Source: Mobula hypostoma
Lineage: Eukaryota
Assembly: GCF_963921235.1 (NCBI RefSeq)
Contig: NC_086097.1
Coordinates: 236,656,001-236,720,000 of the forward strand
DNA: 64,000 bases
Direction of reading: 5' to 3'
Part shown: positions 39,223-50,721 of the stretch, piece after piece
Layout: each line of letters opens with the position of its first letter
Position numbering within the stretch: the first letter of the stretch is position 1
Notes under the pieces: generated by a model
The model's input: the letters and a program-made list of their open reading frames with translations, nothing else
Told to the model about the DNA's origin: nothing
Databases searched by the model: none
Program-made: the position numbers and the translations under genes

Positions 39223-40081
39223 TGTTACGTACCCCGTAACTGGGTTGCCAAACCAGCAGAAATGGATCACTCAGTTGGATTCTGGAGTACTAGAACTAAG
39301 AAAGTTTTATTAAAGAAACAAGCAACACAGTAATCGAAAGGATAATAAATGCAACAATTCAACAATGATAACCACACATGTGCACAGAATTAAGATAACA
39401 GCATCAATCAAGCTCTATCGTTGTCTAGGGGTAAATGACCAATTTCAAAATGACTCAAAGTTCAGTCCAGTTTGTAGTTCAGTTCGCAGTAATCGTTGCC
39501 ATGGCGATGGACAAGATGGGGGAAGAGAGACATAGAATAGGAACAACTCATCATTCAGCACAGCTTCACTCACAGACCAGCGAGATGGCTCACAAACAGC
39601 ATTTGGGCGGGTCCTTGGTGATGTCACCTGAGGTCACCGACTGTGACCCCTCCTCCAGATGCGGTCGATCCTCTGCAGTGAACCCGGCACCCAGGCAAGG
39701 GCGGACACACACCGGGTTCCCGCTGATCGTACCTTTCCACCCTGGTCGTTGTCTGGTACTTCTCACCCACTCGTGAGAAGCGTACCGCTTCCAGGGTCTC
39801 GTTACCTCGGGTGGCGTGTGTGTCTGTCTTAGCGAACCTGTCCCTTTTTATCCCCCTGCTGGGGTATCGCCTGTCCATCACTTCAAACAGTTCAGGGTTC
39901 AAAGGGGGGAGCCGCTCCAGACAGCTCTTCCTCCCACATCCCTTCATTACACATCTCCAGACGCTGCTCCATTGTTCCTTATCTCTCCTTCCCCTGAGGG
40001 CAGGTGGCAGACCAACTGCTGATGCCACTGATGCTAGCCCAGGCCAGCAAACATCTTAATTTTATGTGTATTCTCGTAACA

Positions 40082-40097
40082 CTTCCCCCCTTTAAGG
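40082..40097 (-). promoter_or_regulatory. Polypurine tract of the Gmr1-like element
   Basis: Minus strand AAAGGGGGGAAG directly before the 3' LTR. Confidence 0.85.
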
Positions 40098-40320
40098 ATT
40101 TTTACCGGGAGGTAAAAATTACAAACATGACTACATTATCTGATACATACACAATATGCATCTTTAACAGTTATTTAGCTAATACAGAGAATTTGAAGCT
40201 GTCAACACCTTGACAGACAGTCATCACATTTTCTGTTCCTTTTACACGTGTTATTAATAATCCCTTAGACCAGGCTCCAACTCAGCAAACTTCATAGTGG
40301 CCAAAAACACTGATGAATTG

Positions 40321-43116
40321 CTACCAATGTAACCTCTCATTTGGTTTTTGTCCCGGACCACAATAACAAGGGTCGTCCCATTCCGGCTCAGTTTTCTCTC
40401 GCAAGGGCTTAGTAGGAGGGGGACGGGTATTGACCGCAGAGTTATTGCAAAACTTCCTGCAGTACCCCACCATCTCCAAAAGCCTTCTGAGGGCCCTCTT
40501 GTCTGTCGGGGTTGGGAGGTCAGCGATAGCCTGCACTGTAGCTTGCATCACTGCCAGCTGCCCCTGTGTCACCACAATTCCCAGGTAAGTGACTCTCGTG
40601 TGGCCGAATTCATTTTTTTCAAGGTTCACTATCAGACTGGCTTCAGACAGCCGTATTAAATTGCCAATACACACCTCTGTGGTCATCAGCCCTTTAGTCA
40701 CTGAATTACTCGAAAAATATGGGTGTTGTTTACTTGGCTGCCCTATTGTAACCACAATCGCCCAACGTCCCAGTTCTTTGCATTTCCTCGGGACAATCAA
40801 ACACATGGGTGCGAGTCGTTTAACTACTCCTTCGGGGATTAAGGGAGAGACTTTATCAGTAGACCTGGCCAAAACAATAGCCTTCTCCCATCTGACCGAT
40901 CCCATCCTAATCTTTTCAAAATGGTTTTTTCCTCTTAGCAGGGGGCCCCTAGCTTCATTGATTTCCACGCTAACACCGACTAGGTTTGTTAGCATATCAA
41001 AAGCCGGTGACCGTCTCAGTTCGCGTCGGTCATGATCAATAACATTTTTCCCCCTGGGCAGCCGGTAACTCTCTTTCATGATTCCACCAACTGTTTCCTC
41101 CAGCACCGCAAAATGTCCACCGGGGGGTACCTCGTGGGCCATTTTAAAAACCTCATCCCCATAACTCTTTTGCACCACCCCCCACTCCTCATCTGCGGAT
41201 ACTGTACTTGATTTCCCTTTCTTCCTTAGCACTTCCTCATCCGCACAATAGCTTGTCAAGGCTGTGTCAGAGAGAGCGGTCTCGGCAAAAACCATCAGCC
41301 CCTCGTCTCGCTCCTGCGTCTGCACAACTTCTTTCCTAGCTACTGCTACGTCCGTCCCAGCTCCCTCACTACCTCTTATCTCACTACACCCTGTCTCATA
41401 CAAGGTTGGCAGAAATGTTTCAGCCAAATTCACCATCGCGGGCGGGGCCTCCATGCTGGCAGGCTTACCCGTCAATCTCACGCCTGGGAACACGATTCCT
41501 CCGGCGATGTCATTACCGAGCAAGACTTCCACGTCTTTCATCGGTAATTCAGACCTCACCCCGATCGTGACTAGTCCAGAGACCAGGTTGCTCTGTAAAT
41601 GTATCTGGTGCAAAGGGACTGACTCTGTCCCTTCCCCAACACCTTTGACCTCTACCTCCCCAGTCTGGGTCTCTGAGCTAAACTCTAATACACTCTTCAG
41701 TATTAGTGACTGACACGCTCCCGTGTCTCTCCAGATCCGCACTGGAACTGGTTTTAACCTCTTTTTCACTGACACCAGTCCGGCTGAGATAAACCTCTCG
41801 CGCCCTTCCTGAACTTTTTCAGACCTGTCCTTCCCTAGCGGTTCGCTTAACAGCTCGATACAGCCATTCAAAATTTCCGCTTTTCCTTTCCCCGTCTCCT
41901 TCCTTGGGGCAAAGCACCTGGACGCAAAGTGTCCGACTTGCCCACAATTATAACAGACGACCCCAGGAGACTTCCTACCAGACTGCTCCCGGTCTACCTT
42001 ATCCTTTTCACTAGTCCCCGGCTTACTTTCTGACTTTTCCGGCGGACTCTCCCCGCCGTCCTGACTACCCTTCTGGTAGCCTTTACTCGGGGCAACCTTC
42101 ATTTTATGCGTCAACGCATACTCATCCGCTAACTTAGCAGTTGCGGCTAACGTGGCTGCCTCTTTCTCATCGAGGTAGGGTCTCATACCCTCAGGGACAC
42201 AACCTTTAAACTGCTCAATCAGAATCAGCTGCAGCAGTCTGTCATAATCCCCCTCTACCCCTTTCGAGGCGCACCAACGCTCACAATATGTTTGCATCTC
42301 GCGAGCAAACTCCAAATACGTGCGGTCCCACCGCTTCCTCGCATTCTGGAACCTCTGCCGGTATGCCTCCGGGACCAACTCATAAATCCTGAGGATGGCC
42401 TCCTTCACCACCTCATACTTCTGGGCATCTTCCGCGGATAAAGTGGAGTAAGCTTGTTGGGCCTTCCCTTTCAGTACACTCTGAAGTAAAACAACCCACT
42501 TATCCCTCGGCCATTCCTGACTTATAGCCACCTTTTCGAAGTGGAGAAAGTACCGATCCACATCGGTATCATCAAATGGGGGAACCAGCCTAACCTCCTG
42601 GGTCGCCCGGAACCCTCCACCTTGGTTCGGCACGAGCCCCTGCTCGGCCCTTATCTTTAACTTCTCCAGCTCAAATTCCCTTTCCCTCTGTTTCTCCTCT
42701 CTCTCCAACTGTCTGTCCCTCTCTCTCTCTTCTCTCTCCAACTGTCTTTCTCTCTCTTGCCTTTCTACCTCTTTCTCTCTCTCCCGCCTTTCTAACTCTC
42801 TCTCCTGCCTTTGTAACTGCTTCTCTTCGTGTTCTAACTGCCGTACCCGGAACTCGTGCTCGAGTCTCAGTTTTTCAAGCTGTACCTGTACCGCGTCTCC
42901 AGCAGGTTTTTCAATAGACACCACCCCCAGCTCACCTTGGGGAAACACACCTTTAGATACATAGTGCTCTACAATAGCTCTGTGTATCTCCTCTCTCCTC
43001 ATTGTCGACTTCACCTTAGCAAGATTCACCCGTTTGGCCACAGCTATCAATTCCGATTTCCTGGCATCCTCTAATGCCTCCAAGGTCGACGCCTTTATAA
43101 ATTCCTCAACCTCCAT
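40321..43116 (-). CDS. 931-aa Gag(SCAN-like)-protease polyprotein with vestigial integrase and RT segments
   Basis: Uninterrupted ORF; E/R-rich coiled coil; VPPFDDTDVDRYFLHFEK...PEAYRQRF...LILIEQF...LADEY; CYNCGQVGHFASRC knuckle; RDTGA protease; AHEVPPGGH; LIVNLEKNEF..VTYLG..PTPTDKRALRRLLEMVGYCRKF. Confidence 0.9.
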   Translation of the reverse strand: MEVEEFIKASTLEALEDARKSELIAVAKRVNLAKVKSTMRREEIHRAIVEHYVSKGVFPQGELGVVSIEKPAGDAVQVQLEKLRLEHEFRVRQLEHEEKQLQRQERELERREREKEVERQERERQLEREERERDRQLEREEKQREREFELEKLKIRAEQGLVPNQGGGFRATQEVRLVPPFDDTDVDRYFLHFEKVAISQEWPRDKWVVLLQSVLKGKAQQAYSTLSAEDAQKYEVVKEAILRIYELVPEAYRQRFQNARKRWDRTYLEFAREMQTYCERWCASKGVEGDYDRLLQLILIEQFKGCVPEGMRPYLDEKEAATLAATAKLADEYALTHKMKVAPSKGYQKGSQDGGESPPEKSESKPGTSEKDKVDREQSGRKSPGVVCYNCGQVGHFASRCFAPRKETGKGKAEILNGCIELLSEPLGKDRSEKVQEGRERFISAGLVSVKKRLKPVPVRIWRDTGACQSLILKSVLEFSSETQTGEVEVKGVGEGTESVPLHQIHLQSNLVSGLVTIGVRSELPMKDVEVLLGNDIAGGIVFPGVRLTGKPASMEAPPAMVNLAETFLPTLYETGCSEIRGSEGAGTDVAVARKEVVQTQERDEGLMVFAETALSDTALTSYCADEEVLRKKGKSSTVSADEEWGVVQKSYGDEVFKMAHEVPPGGHFAVLEETVGGIMKESYRLPRGKNVIDHDRRELRRSPAFDMLTNLVGVSVEINEARGPLLRGKNHFEKIRMGSVRWEKAIVLARSTDKVSPLIPEGVVKRLAPMCLIVPRKCKELGRWAIVVTIGQPSKQHPYFSSNSVTKGLMTTEVCIGNLIRLSEASLIVNLEKNEFGHTRVTYLGIVVTQGQLAVMQATVQAIADLPTPTDKRALRRLLEMVGYCRKFCNNSAVNTRPPPTKPLREKTEPEWDDPCYCGPGQKPNERLHW

Positions 43117-43190
43117 TTCTGCTGTTTGTCTTTTCTTTCTTTCGGGAATTTTAACCCAATCAATTTACTCCGTCCCAAATTTAGCGTTCA

Positions 43191-43211
43191 AAATCGCGGA
43201 CGAGAACCCCA
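43191..43211 (-). promoter_or_regulatory. Primer-binding site, degenerate tRNA-Pro type
   Basis: Minus strand TGGGGTTCTCGTCCGCGATTT versus canonical TGGGGGCTCGTCCGGGATTT, 4 nt after the 5' LTR. Confidence 0.75.
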
Positions 43212-44076
43212 CTTATGTTACGTACCCCGTAACTGGGTTGCCAAACCAGCAGAAATGGATCACTCAGTTGGAGTCTGGAGTACTAGAACTAAGAAAGTTT
43301 TATTAAAGAAACAAGCAACACAGTAATCGAAAGGATAATAAATGCAACAATTCAACAATGATAACCACACATGTGCACAGAATTAAGATAACAGCATCAA
43401 TCAAGCTCTATCGTTGTCTAGGGGTAAATGACCAATTTCAAAATGACTCAAAGTTCAGTCCAGTTTGTAGTTCAGTTCGCAGTAATCGTTGCCATGGCGA
43501 TGGACAAGATGGGGGAAGAGAGACATAGAATAGGAACAACTCATCATTCAGCACAGTGCTTCACTCACAGACCAGCGAGATGGCTCACAAACAGCATTTG
43601 GGCGGGTCCTTGGTGATGTCACCTGGGGTCACCGACTGTGACCCCTCCTCCAGATGCGGTCGATCCTCTGCAGTGAACCCGGCACCCAGGCAAGGGCGGA
43701 CACACACCGGGTTCCCGCTGATCGTACCTTTCCACCCTGGTCGTTGTCTGGTACTTCTCACCCACTCGTGAGAAGCGTACCGCTTCCAGGGTCTCGTTAC
43801 CTCGGGTGGCGTGTGTGTCTGTCTTAGCGAACCTGTCCCTTTTTATCCCCCTGCTGGGGTATCGCCTGTCCATCACTTCAAACAGTTCAGGGTTCAAAGG
43901 GGGGAGCCGCTCCAGACAGCTCTTCCTCCCACATCCCTTCATTACACATCTCCAGACGCTGCTCCATTGTTCCTTATCTCTCCTTCCCCTGAGGGCAGGT
44001 GGCAGACCAACTGCTGATGCCACTGATGCTAGCCCAGGCCAGCAAACATCTTAATTTTATGTGTATTCTCGTAACA

Positions 44077-46944
44077 CTGCCAACCATCAATTCAACAGCC
44101 ACAGAGTTGACCACAGTATTTGAAATTCTGAACCAATCAGAGCTAAACAGGAAGGAACTTCATCTAGTAACAATTGTGGTAGTCGTGGATCAAGCACTCT
44201 ATGCAAAAGCCACTGAAATTGCCTGGAAGCACAAAGAGCACTTCGCCAACATTCTTCTCAGGATGGGGGCATTCCATACCATATGTAATGCCTTAGCCAT
44301 CCTAGGAAAGCGATTTAGGGATGCTGGTCTAAAGGACGTATGCATAGAGGCTGGAATTGTCGCAGAGGGGTCCATCAATGAAGTCCTTGTTGGTAAAACT
44401 CCAATTGTGCTGTCAGAGTCCACAGGTACATCTATGAAGCACTGATGAGACTCGCACAGGCAGAGTTCACATTGTGGGTTGAGGAGAACGTTCCAGAGAG
44501 GAGTGGGATTATCAAATCATTCTTAGACCATGTGAACGACATGGCCAGTGATTTGAACAAACAGAAGTTGAACAATCTGCTGCAAAGTCCACTCTTAGCT
44601 GAGCTGATAACCCTGTGGACAGACTGCCTGGAAAACCTCCGTCACAACAATGGAGAGCTATCCGCATTCTGGACATCATACATTGACATGGTAGAGAACG
44701 TGGTACTTGGGCTTCTGCGCGCCTCTTGTGAGGGAGACTGGGAGTTGCACCTCCATGCTATACGATCCATGATCCCAGGGTGCTTTGCCTATGATAAGAT
44801 GAATTATGTCCCCTTACTTTGCTCAGATGATGAACCTCCCAGAGAAGAATCCTTCTGTGTATGAGGCCTTCAAGACAGGCCAATTCTCAGTGCAGCTGTC
44901 AAGTAACAACCCCTTTGGGCAGATCCCTGTGGACCAGGCTATTGAAGCCACAGTGAACAAAGACACACAGACTCCTGGAGGCACATCACGGTTCAGCATG
45001 AATACTGGAGCTATCAAGCGTTACTACATAACAGCTAAGCACCGCAGTGCATTCCTGGGACAGTTAAGGGATATGGTGCAAGGCAACAAATCAGAGCTAC
45101 AGCGGCCAGGAATCCAGAAAGATGAGGAAGCAGTTTCAGCAGTGGTTAGCCTCATACATGAATGGGTCAACTCATTTGCAGAGAAGCGGGACCTCATTAG
45201 CATCTCTACGGCAAAGGCAGCCCCCAATGTAATTGCCTCCAACCTAATGAAGGCATATGAGATTGGTGAGCAATGCAAGGCAACCTTCAAGGATGAGAGA
45301 CTAGAGGAAGACCAACCAGCAAAGAAATTCCATGACCCAATGAAAACCAGCAAGCTGAAAACATTCAGTGATATGTGTAAGAAGAGAGAAGTGAAATCAA
45401 ATGGGAGGGCGATCATTTTGAAAGCAGACAGATCTTATTTTTGGACGCATCATAGTGATGACACAAGGGTGCAGTCTATGTACGGAGGATATCCTTTCTC
45501 ATCCCCTTGGAACATTGCCCTGGGCCCTGTCCACACCAGAAGGATTGCTGAGAAAGACAAATAGAGCTACCTTAGCCACAACCTTGCAGAAAAATGTAGC
45601 AGTAGAAGAGCAACTCCCAGGAAACTCTGCTACAGTGGTTGATGGAATGAACTTGGTCCAAAGGGTGAAAGGTGATCAAGTTATTTTCAGAGATGTCGCC
45701 ACAACAATTCTGGTATGGCTCTGAGGGAAGGCAGTCAGAGTAGCAGAATAGATGTTGTGTTCGACACATACAAAGCGAACTCTGTCAAGAATAGTGAAAG
45801 ACCTCTATGGGGTGAAGAGACTGGTCATGAGTTGCAAGGTATCACAGGCACACAGATGGTGAGGCAGTGGAGGAGCTTCTTCCTGATCAAAGTCGGTAAC
45901 AAAAATAGTCTCATTAGCTTCATAGTCCATGAATGAAGGAAGGCAGAGTACAGAGCAAAGCTACAGGAGAAGATTCTGTATGCAACTGTGAATGACAAAT
46001 GTTACAGAATCACATCTTAAGACACTGAGGAGGTGTCAGCTCTTCATTATCAACAAGAAGAGGCAGATGGCCGCCTACATCTCCATGCTGCCCATGCCAC
46101 AAGAGAGGGATACCAATCTGTAGTGATCTGCTCAGAAGACACAGATGTCTTTATCACGCCTTTAGCATTTTGTGACAAGTTTGAGGCCCCATTGTTCCTG
46201 AAGTGTGGCACTAGAACCTGTACAAGGCTTGTAGACATCAGGAAGGTTGCTGCCACTGTTGGCATAGAGGTTTGTAGGGCTCTGATCGGGTTGCACGCAT
46301 ATACAGGATGTGACACTGTAAGCACTTTTGCAGGCAAAGGGAAGACAAGTGCCCTAAAACTTCTGACCAAAAACACGGAAACTCAGGACACATTCCTAGA
46401 GTTGGGTCAGGAATGGGATCTCTCCCCAGCACTGATGGACAAACTGGAGGCATTTACATATCTCCTGTATGCCCCAAAAGCATCGACCACCAAGGTCAAT
46501 GAGCTCAGGTATCACCTTTTCTGTGCCAAAAAAGGTGAAATCGAAAGTCATCAACTCCCACCATGCAAGGACTGCTTAACAAAACATGCACAGCGAGCCA
46601 ACTACCAGGCTGGTATATGGAGAAGATGTTTGGAGAAGGACCCACAAGTGCCAAGTCCTGTTGGCAGAGGATGGAAGATGGAGAGAGAAGAGGAAGCTGA
46701 ACAGTTGGTGGTGCACTGGATGGAAGGCCAGCCAGCACCCGATGCCGTCCTGGATCTACTGGCCTGTAACTGTCCAAAAAAATGTTCACTCCCAAGATGT
46801 ATGTGTGTTGCAAATGGCCTCAGGTGTACTGACATGTGTAGACTGGCAGACAGTGAGAACCAGGCATCCACCTCAGAGAGTGTGGAAAGTTCAGATGAAG
46901 ATGTGGAAGACATGAAAGACTTGGAAAATTATTATGATTATTAA
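44077..46944 (+). pseudogene. Academ transposase + XPG/FEN1-like nuclease + CXC-like Cys-rich C-terminus, frameshifted
   Basis: VVVDQALYAKA..RMGAFH; EGDWELHL; FAYDKMNY; PVDQAIEATVNKD; VVDGM; VVFDTY; QEEADGR; SEDTDVF; HAYTGCDTVS.FAGKGK; LPPC...H..RANYQAGIW; CNCPKKC..RCMC..NGLRCTDMC. Confidence 0.85.
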
Positions 46945-47467
46945 TAGTTATGAAAGTATGGAAAGTCTTTGGTTAAATATATTCATTTTACAACCAAATG
47001 GGGCCTAGGTTATGGCTGTGTGGAACCCCACATTTGAATTATTGTACTGTAATTCTATATGCTATGACAAAAGCTTAAGATTGTTTTGATTTGATACAAG
47101 ATGGAAAATAGCATGACATTGATAAAACTCCAGAAATCCCTCCAAATGAGGTTTTTTACCTTTTGGGGGGTGGAGTAACATTTTCTGCTGTACTGATGTT
47201 AATATGGAATATATACAATAAGTGATCGCTTATTTGAAGTAATAAAGCTACCACTGGTGCAATGCTATCCCATATTTTTTAACTCTAGAGATGTATACCT
47301 TGTCAAAAACCACTATGAGCATTATTCCCCTCAGATGGTACCGACCAACCCTACTGCTGTTGTTCAATTCATGGCTGATTATTTTTAAATATACTTCTGT
47401 AAAATTTCTTGACATTAAAGGCATTAGTGATAAAGATTGCATATTTATGTCTTCAAATCATAAACAT

Positions 47468-47677
47468 GAGAAAGTCCACAGATGCTGGAAATCCAAAGCA
47501 ACACACACAAAATGCTGAAAGAACTCAGCAGGTCAGGCAGCATATATGGAAATGAATAAACAGTCGACATTTCAGGTCGAGACTGAAGAAGGATTTCAGC
47601 CCATTGTCGACCATTTATCTATTTCCACAGATGCTGCCTGTTCTGCTGAGTTCCTCCAGCATTTTGCACGTGGTGCT
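47468..47677. mobile_element. Short palindromic Penelope-end derivative
   Basis: CAAAATGCTG..GAACTCAGCAG...GTCGAC arm followed by its reverse complement. Confidence 0.7.
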
Positions 47678-49054
47678 TCATGTTTTCAAATGTTTGCAAG
47701 GAAATTACCATGAAAAAAATTGAAATGATAATTAAGGACAAGAGATTCTGCAAAGGCTGGAAATCTGGAGCAACAAATCCAAAATGCCGGAGGAACTCAG
47801 CAGATCTGGTGGCATCTATGGAGGAGAATTAACGGTCGACACTTTTGGCCGAGACGCTTCATCAGTGCCAATTTTTAGAAGCAATAATAGAGAAAAAAGG
47901 TTGCTGGCTCTTAGTGCTGTTCTTGTATTCAATAAATTCAAGGCTGATTCTTTTTAATTATACTCTTGTGATGTTGCATGAGATTAAAGACATCAGTACT
48001 AAAGATTGTATATTTATGTTTTTGATTGTTTGCATTCCAAGCGAATTAACATAGAGTTTGAAAGATCTATTGGAAAATACTGAAAGCTGCCCTGATAATG
48101 TTTCTTGGCCTGAAGCATAGACTATTAATTCCCCTCCATAGATGCTGCCTGACCTGCTGGGTTTGAATGATCATTCAGCACTGTTCCACTGGACAGGCGA
48201 GGATGAAGTTGTTGCCTGCAGCTAAGAAATTTCTCTCTCTCTTAGATGTGCCAAATATGTAAGATTATGAGTCTAGTCTGATGTTTACTTCATCTGTGAT
48301 ATACAAATAGTCATGAAATAGTGAGAGAGATAAACTAGTGCTGCAGTTATTTCTATGTAATAAAACTCTGATAATCCAGCACCTTTGGGACTTTTGTGGT
48401 TCCAGACCAGTAGATTTTATGGTCTATTAATACCCCAGACAGCTGCACGACCCACATGGGGCTGATGGGAAGAGACAACATGAACAGCAATATGCAATGA
48501 TTACACTTATAAGCAGGTGGTGTGAGACTGCTACTCAATCACACTACTTTAGTGTAGACTGCAGCGTTTAAAGGGAGGGCACACTGTGATTACTGGAGGT
48601 GTTGAGTTTATTCCGAATAACACTGCATTTCAAACAGCAATGAATGAGGACGGGCTTTTCTACGTCCTCCTGCGGCTTCATAGATGTGTATGATATGCTA
48701 AGAGACATAAATCGAGTGGGTAGCCAGAGAATTGTTACCAGAGTTAAAATGGCGAATACTAGGGGGCATAATTTTAAGGTGATTGGAGGGAAGTATAGAG
48801 ACGATATCAGAGGTATTTTCTTTTACACAGAGAATGGTGGGCGCATGGAGCATGCTTTCGGAGGTTGTGGCAGAGGCAGACACATTAGGGATTTTTAAGA
48901 GACTGTTAGAAAGGCATATTGAAGGAAGAAAAATGGAGGGCTAGGTAGGAGGGAGTGGTTAGAATAGGTCGTTTGTTCATTATGTGCTGTATCATATGAC
49001 GTAGGCAATCATGGTCGTTCCATGACCATGATTATTTCTGGCAATTTTTCTACA

Positions 49055-49802
49055 TGTAACGCCCTGGTTAAGATTCTTACTGCTATGCTCTAGGTATTTC
49101 ATTTTAGCAGTTCTGTATGTACAGGGTCTTTCTTTTTTGTATGTTAAATTTAAAATGGCTTCTTTGTTATGTTATACTTGGGAATGTTTCTTTGTTATGT
49201 TAAACGCTGAGAAGGTCCTTCCTGCTAGCAGTTTGTTGAATCACGTTACTGATAAGAAAATGTTATGAACCAGTTGGGATAATTGTTATGATTTTGGTGT
49301 ATTTGAAGATTTGTATGCGTGGGGTTTTGGGGGAGAAGACGGGAGAGCGAGACAGAGGATGGACCAGGTGCTGTGATGTCCGCTATCGGGGTCGGACCCC
49401 GAGGAGGGCGTGCGGTGAGGAGACGGAGACGGACTCGTGTGGAGCGTCTGGTCGACCACTGTTGTTTCTCCCAGGCGGCCGGTCGAAGTGGTCCAAGGGG
49501 TCGCAGGGTGAAGAAAAAGGTTCTTGAGCTCCAACTGTTTTGTGCACGAAGAGATTGAACTTTGATAGGTGTGGCGCCTTTTATTTTCCTTTTATATTTT
49601 ATTCTCTATTAATTATATAGTTCCAGTAATATCTCTAAACTGTAAATCATTTAATTGTATCTGGTGTATTGTCTGTTATTTGGGCAGGGTGGGTTACATC
49701 ACACAGCATCCACACAAACTATTACCCAGTTTGGCGGGGCCGAGGGTTGTTTTCCTAAACGACAGCGAGCCGAGCGACCCTGAGGGTGGCTGGGGGGCTA
49801 CA
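49055..49802. mobile_element. Probable solo LTR of a third family
   Basis: TGTAACG...GGGGCTACA termini; CpG-rich core; abuts an RTE-type SINE fragment on the left and another LTR-like stretch on the right; no clear TSD. Confidence 0.5.
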
Positions 49803-50721
49803 TGTAAAAACAGTGTGTTGGGCTTTTAGTGTGTTTGGGGACTCAGCTAAAGATAAAGAGCTGAGGAACCAAGGAATGCTGTATCAGCCAATCAGGATGG
49901 TGGAGTTGCGGAAAGATTCTAAAGAAAGCTGGAAAGAGGGAGATTTATGTCAGACACTGGTGGGGTCCGTGGTCCTTTTCGCGGGATCTGCGGAGCTGGT
50001 AGGAGGGAAGATGGCTGAGGATGCCGTGGGAAGGAGAGTCCTCATTGCACATGGTGACATACAAGATAGCCAAGGGAAGGAGTGCCTTGCATCTTCTTTG
50101 CTAGAGGCATATATCCAACCCATCACCTCTGGAGTAAGGTCAAGGAGATTGGAGTCGGTTAAAAATTTGGCACAACATCATGGGTTGCAGAGCCTGTACT
50201 GTACTGTAGTGTTCTTTGTTCTACGTTCTGTGTTATGTTACTACCATCAGGGAGGAAGTTCAAGAGCCTAAAGACCCACACTCAACATTTTAGGAACAGT
50301 TTCCTCCCCTCCACTGTCAGATTGCTGAAACATCCATGAACCCATGATCACTACCTCACGATTCTTTTTCTCACTATTTATTTATTTTTAATTTCTTAAT
50401 TAAAACTTATATAATTTTTATGACTTGCACTGTACTGCTGTCACAAAACAACAAATTTCACGATGTATCTCAGCAGAAGTGAACCTGATTCTTATTCTGA
50501 AGACAAAGCCCAAACATTCCCTGTACACACTGGGGGAGGAAGTCCACCAGACATAGAACAAGGCAGCAGTAGGAACATGTATCACAGAAACCATAACACT
50601 TGTCGGCATACCACTCTCTCTTGCAAAACAGAGTGCTGTACAGCTAGATATAGGCATTCTTAATCAGTGGAGGAAAAGTGCAACTGTAAATCCTTGAGAA
50701 TTATGAGAAGAACTATGTTCA

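Larger units (their letters stand above)
39223..44076 (-). mobile_element. Gmr1-like Gypsy LTR retrotransposon, non-autonomous deletion derivative, very young
   Basis: LTRs 39223-40081 (859 bp) and 43216-44076 (861 bp) differ by about 2 substitutions and a 2-bp indel by eye; TSD CTGC (39219-39222 / 44077-44080); PBS and PPT present; PR-IN-RT-RH order. Confidence 0.95.
38952..47353 (+). mobile_element. Academ (AcademX-type) DNA transposon, internally deleted and interrupted by an LTR element
   Basis: ~100-bp imperfect inverted repeats 38987-39085 / 47244-47342; candidate TAG (38952) ... CTA (47353) termini; transposase-XPG-Cys-rich coding remnants between them; no TSD found. Confidence 0.75.

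Noticed and set aside
39435..40059. Short ORFs repeated at 15665-15983, 39435-40059 and 43428-44054 as a gene family
   Set aside because: They are incidental frames in copies of the same LTR
42680..42830. (CT)n microsatellite
   Set aside because: It is the coding sequence of the E/R/Q coiled coil in the minus-strand Gag
43999..44445. 148-aa ORF as an LTR-transposase fusion gene
   Set aside because: The first ~26 codons are antisense LTR sequence that happens to be in frame, and the Academ frame shifts soon afterwards
48355..48640. Possible Tigger/pogo-type MITE
   Set aside because: Only one end looks transposon-like; no matching TIR pair or TSD could be established
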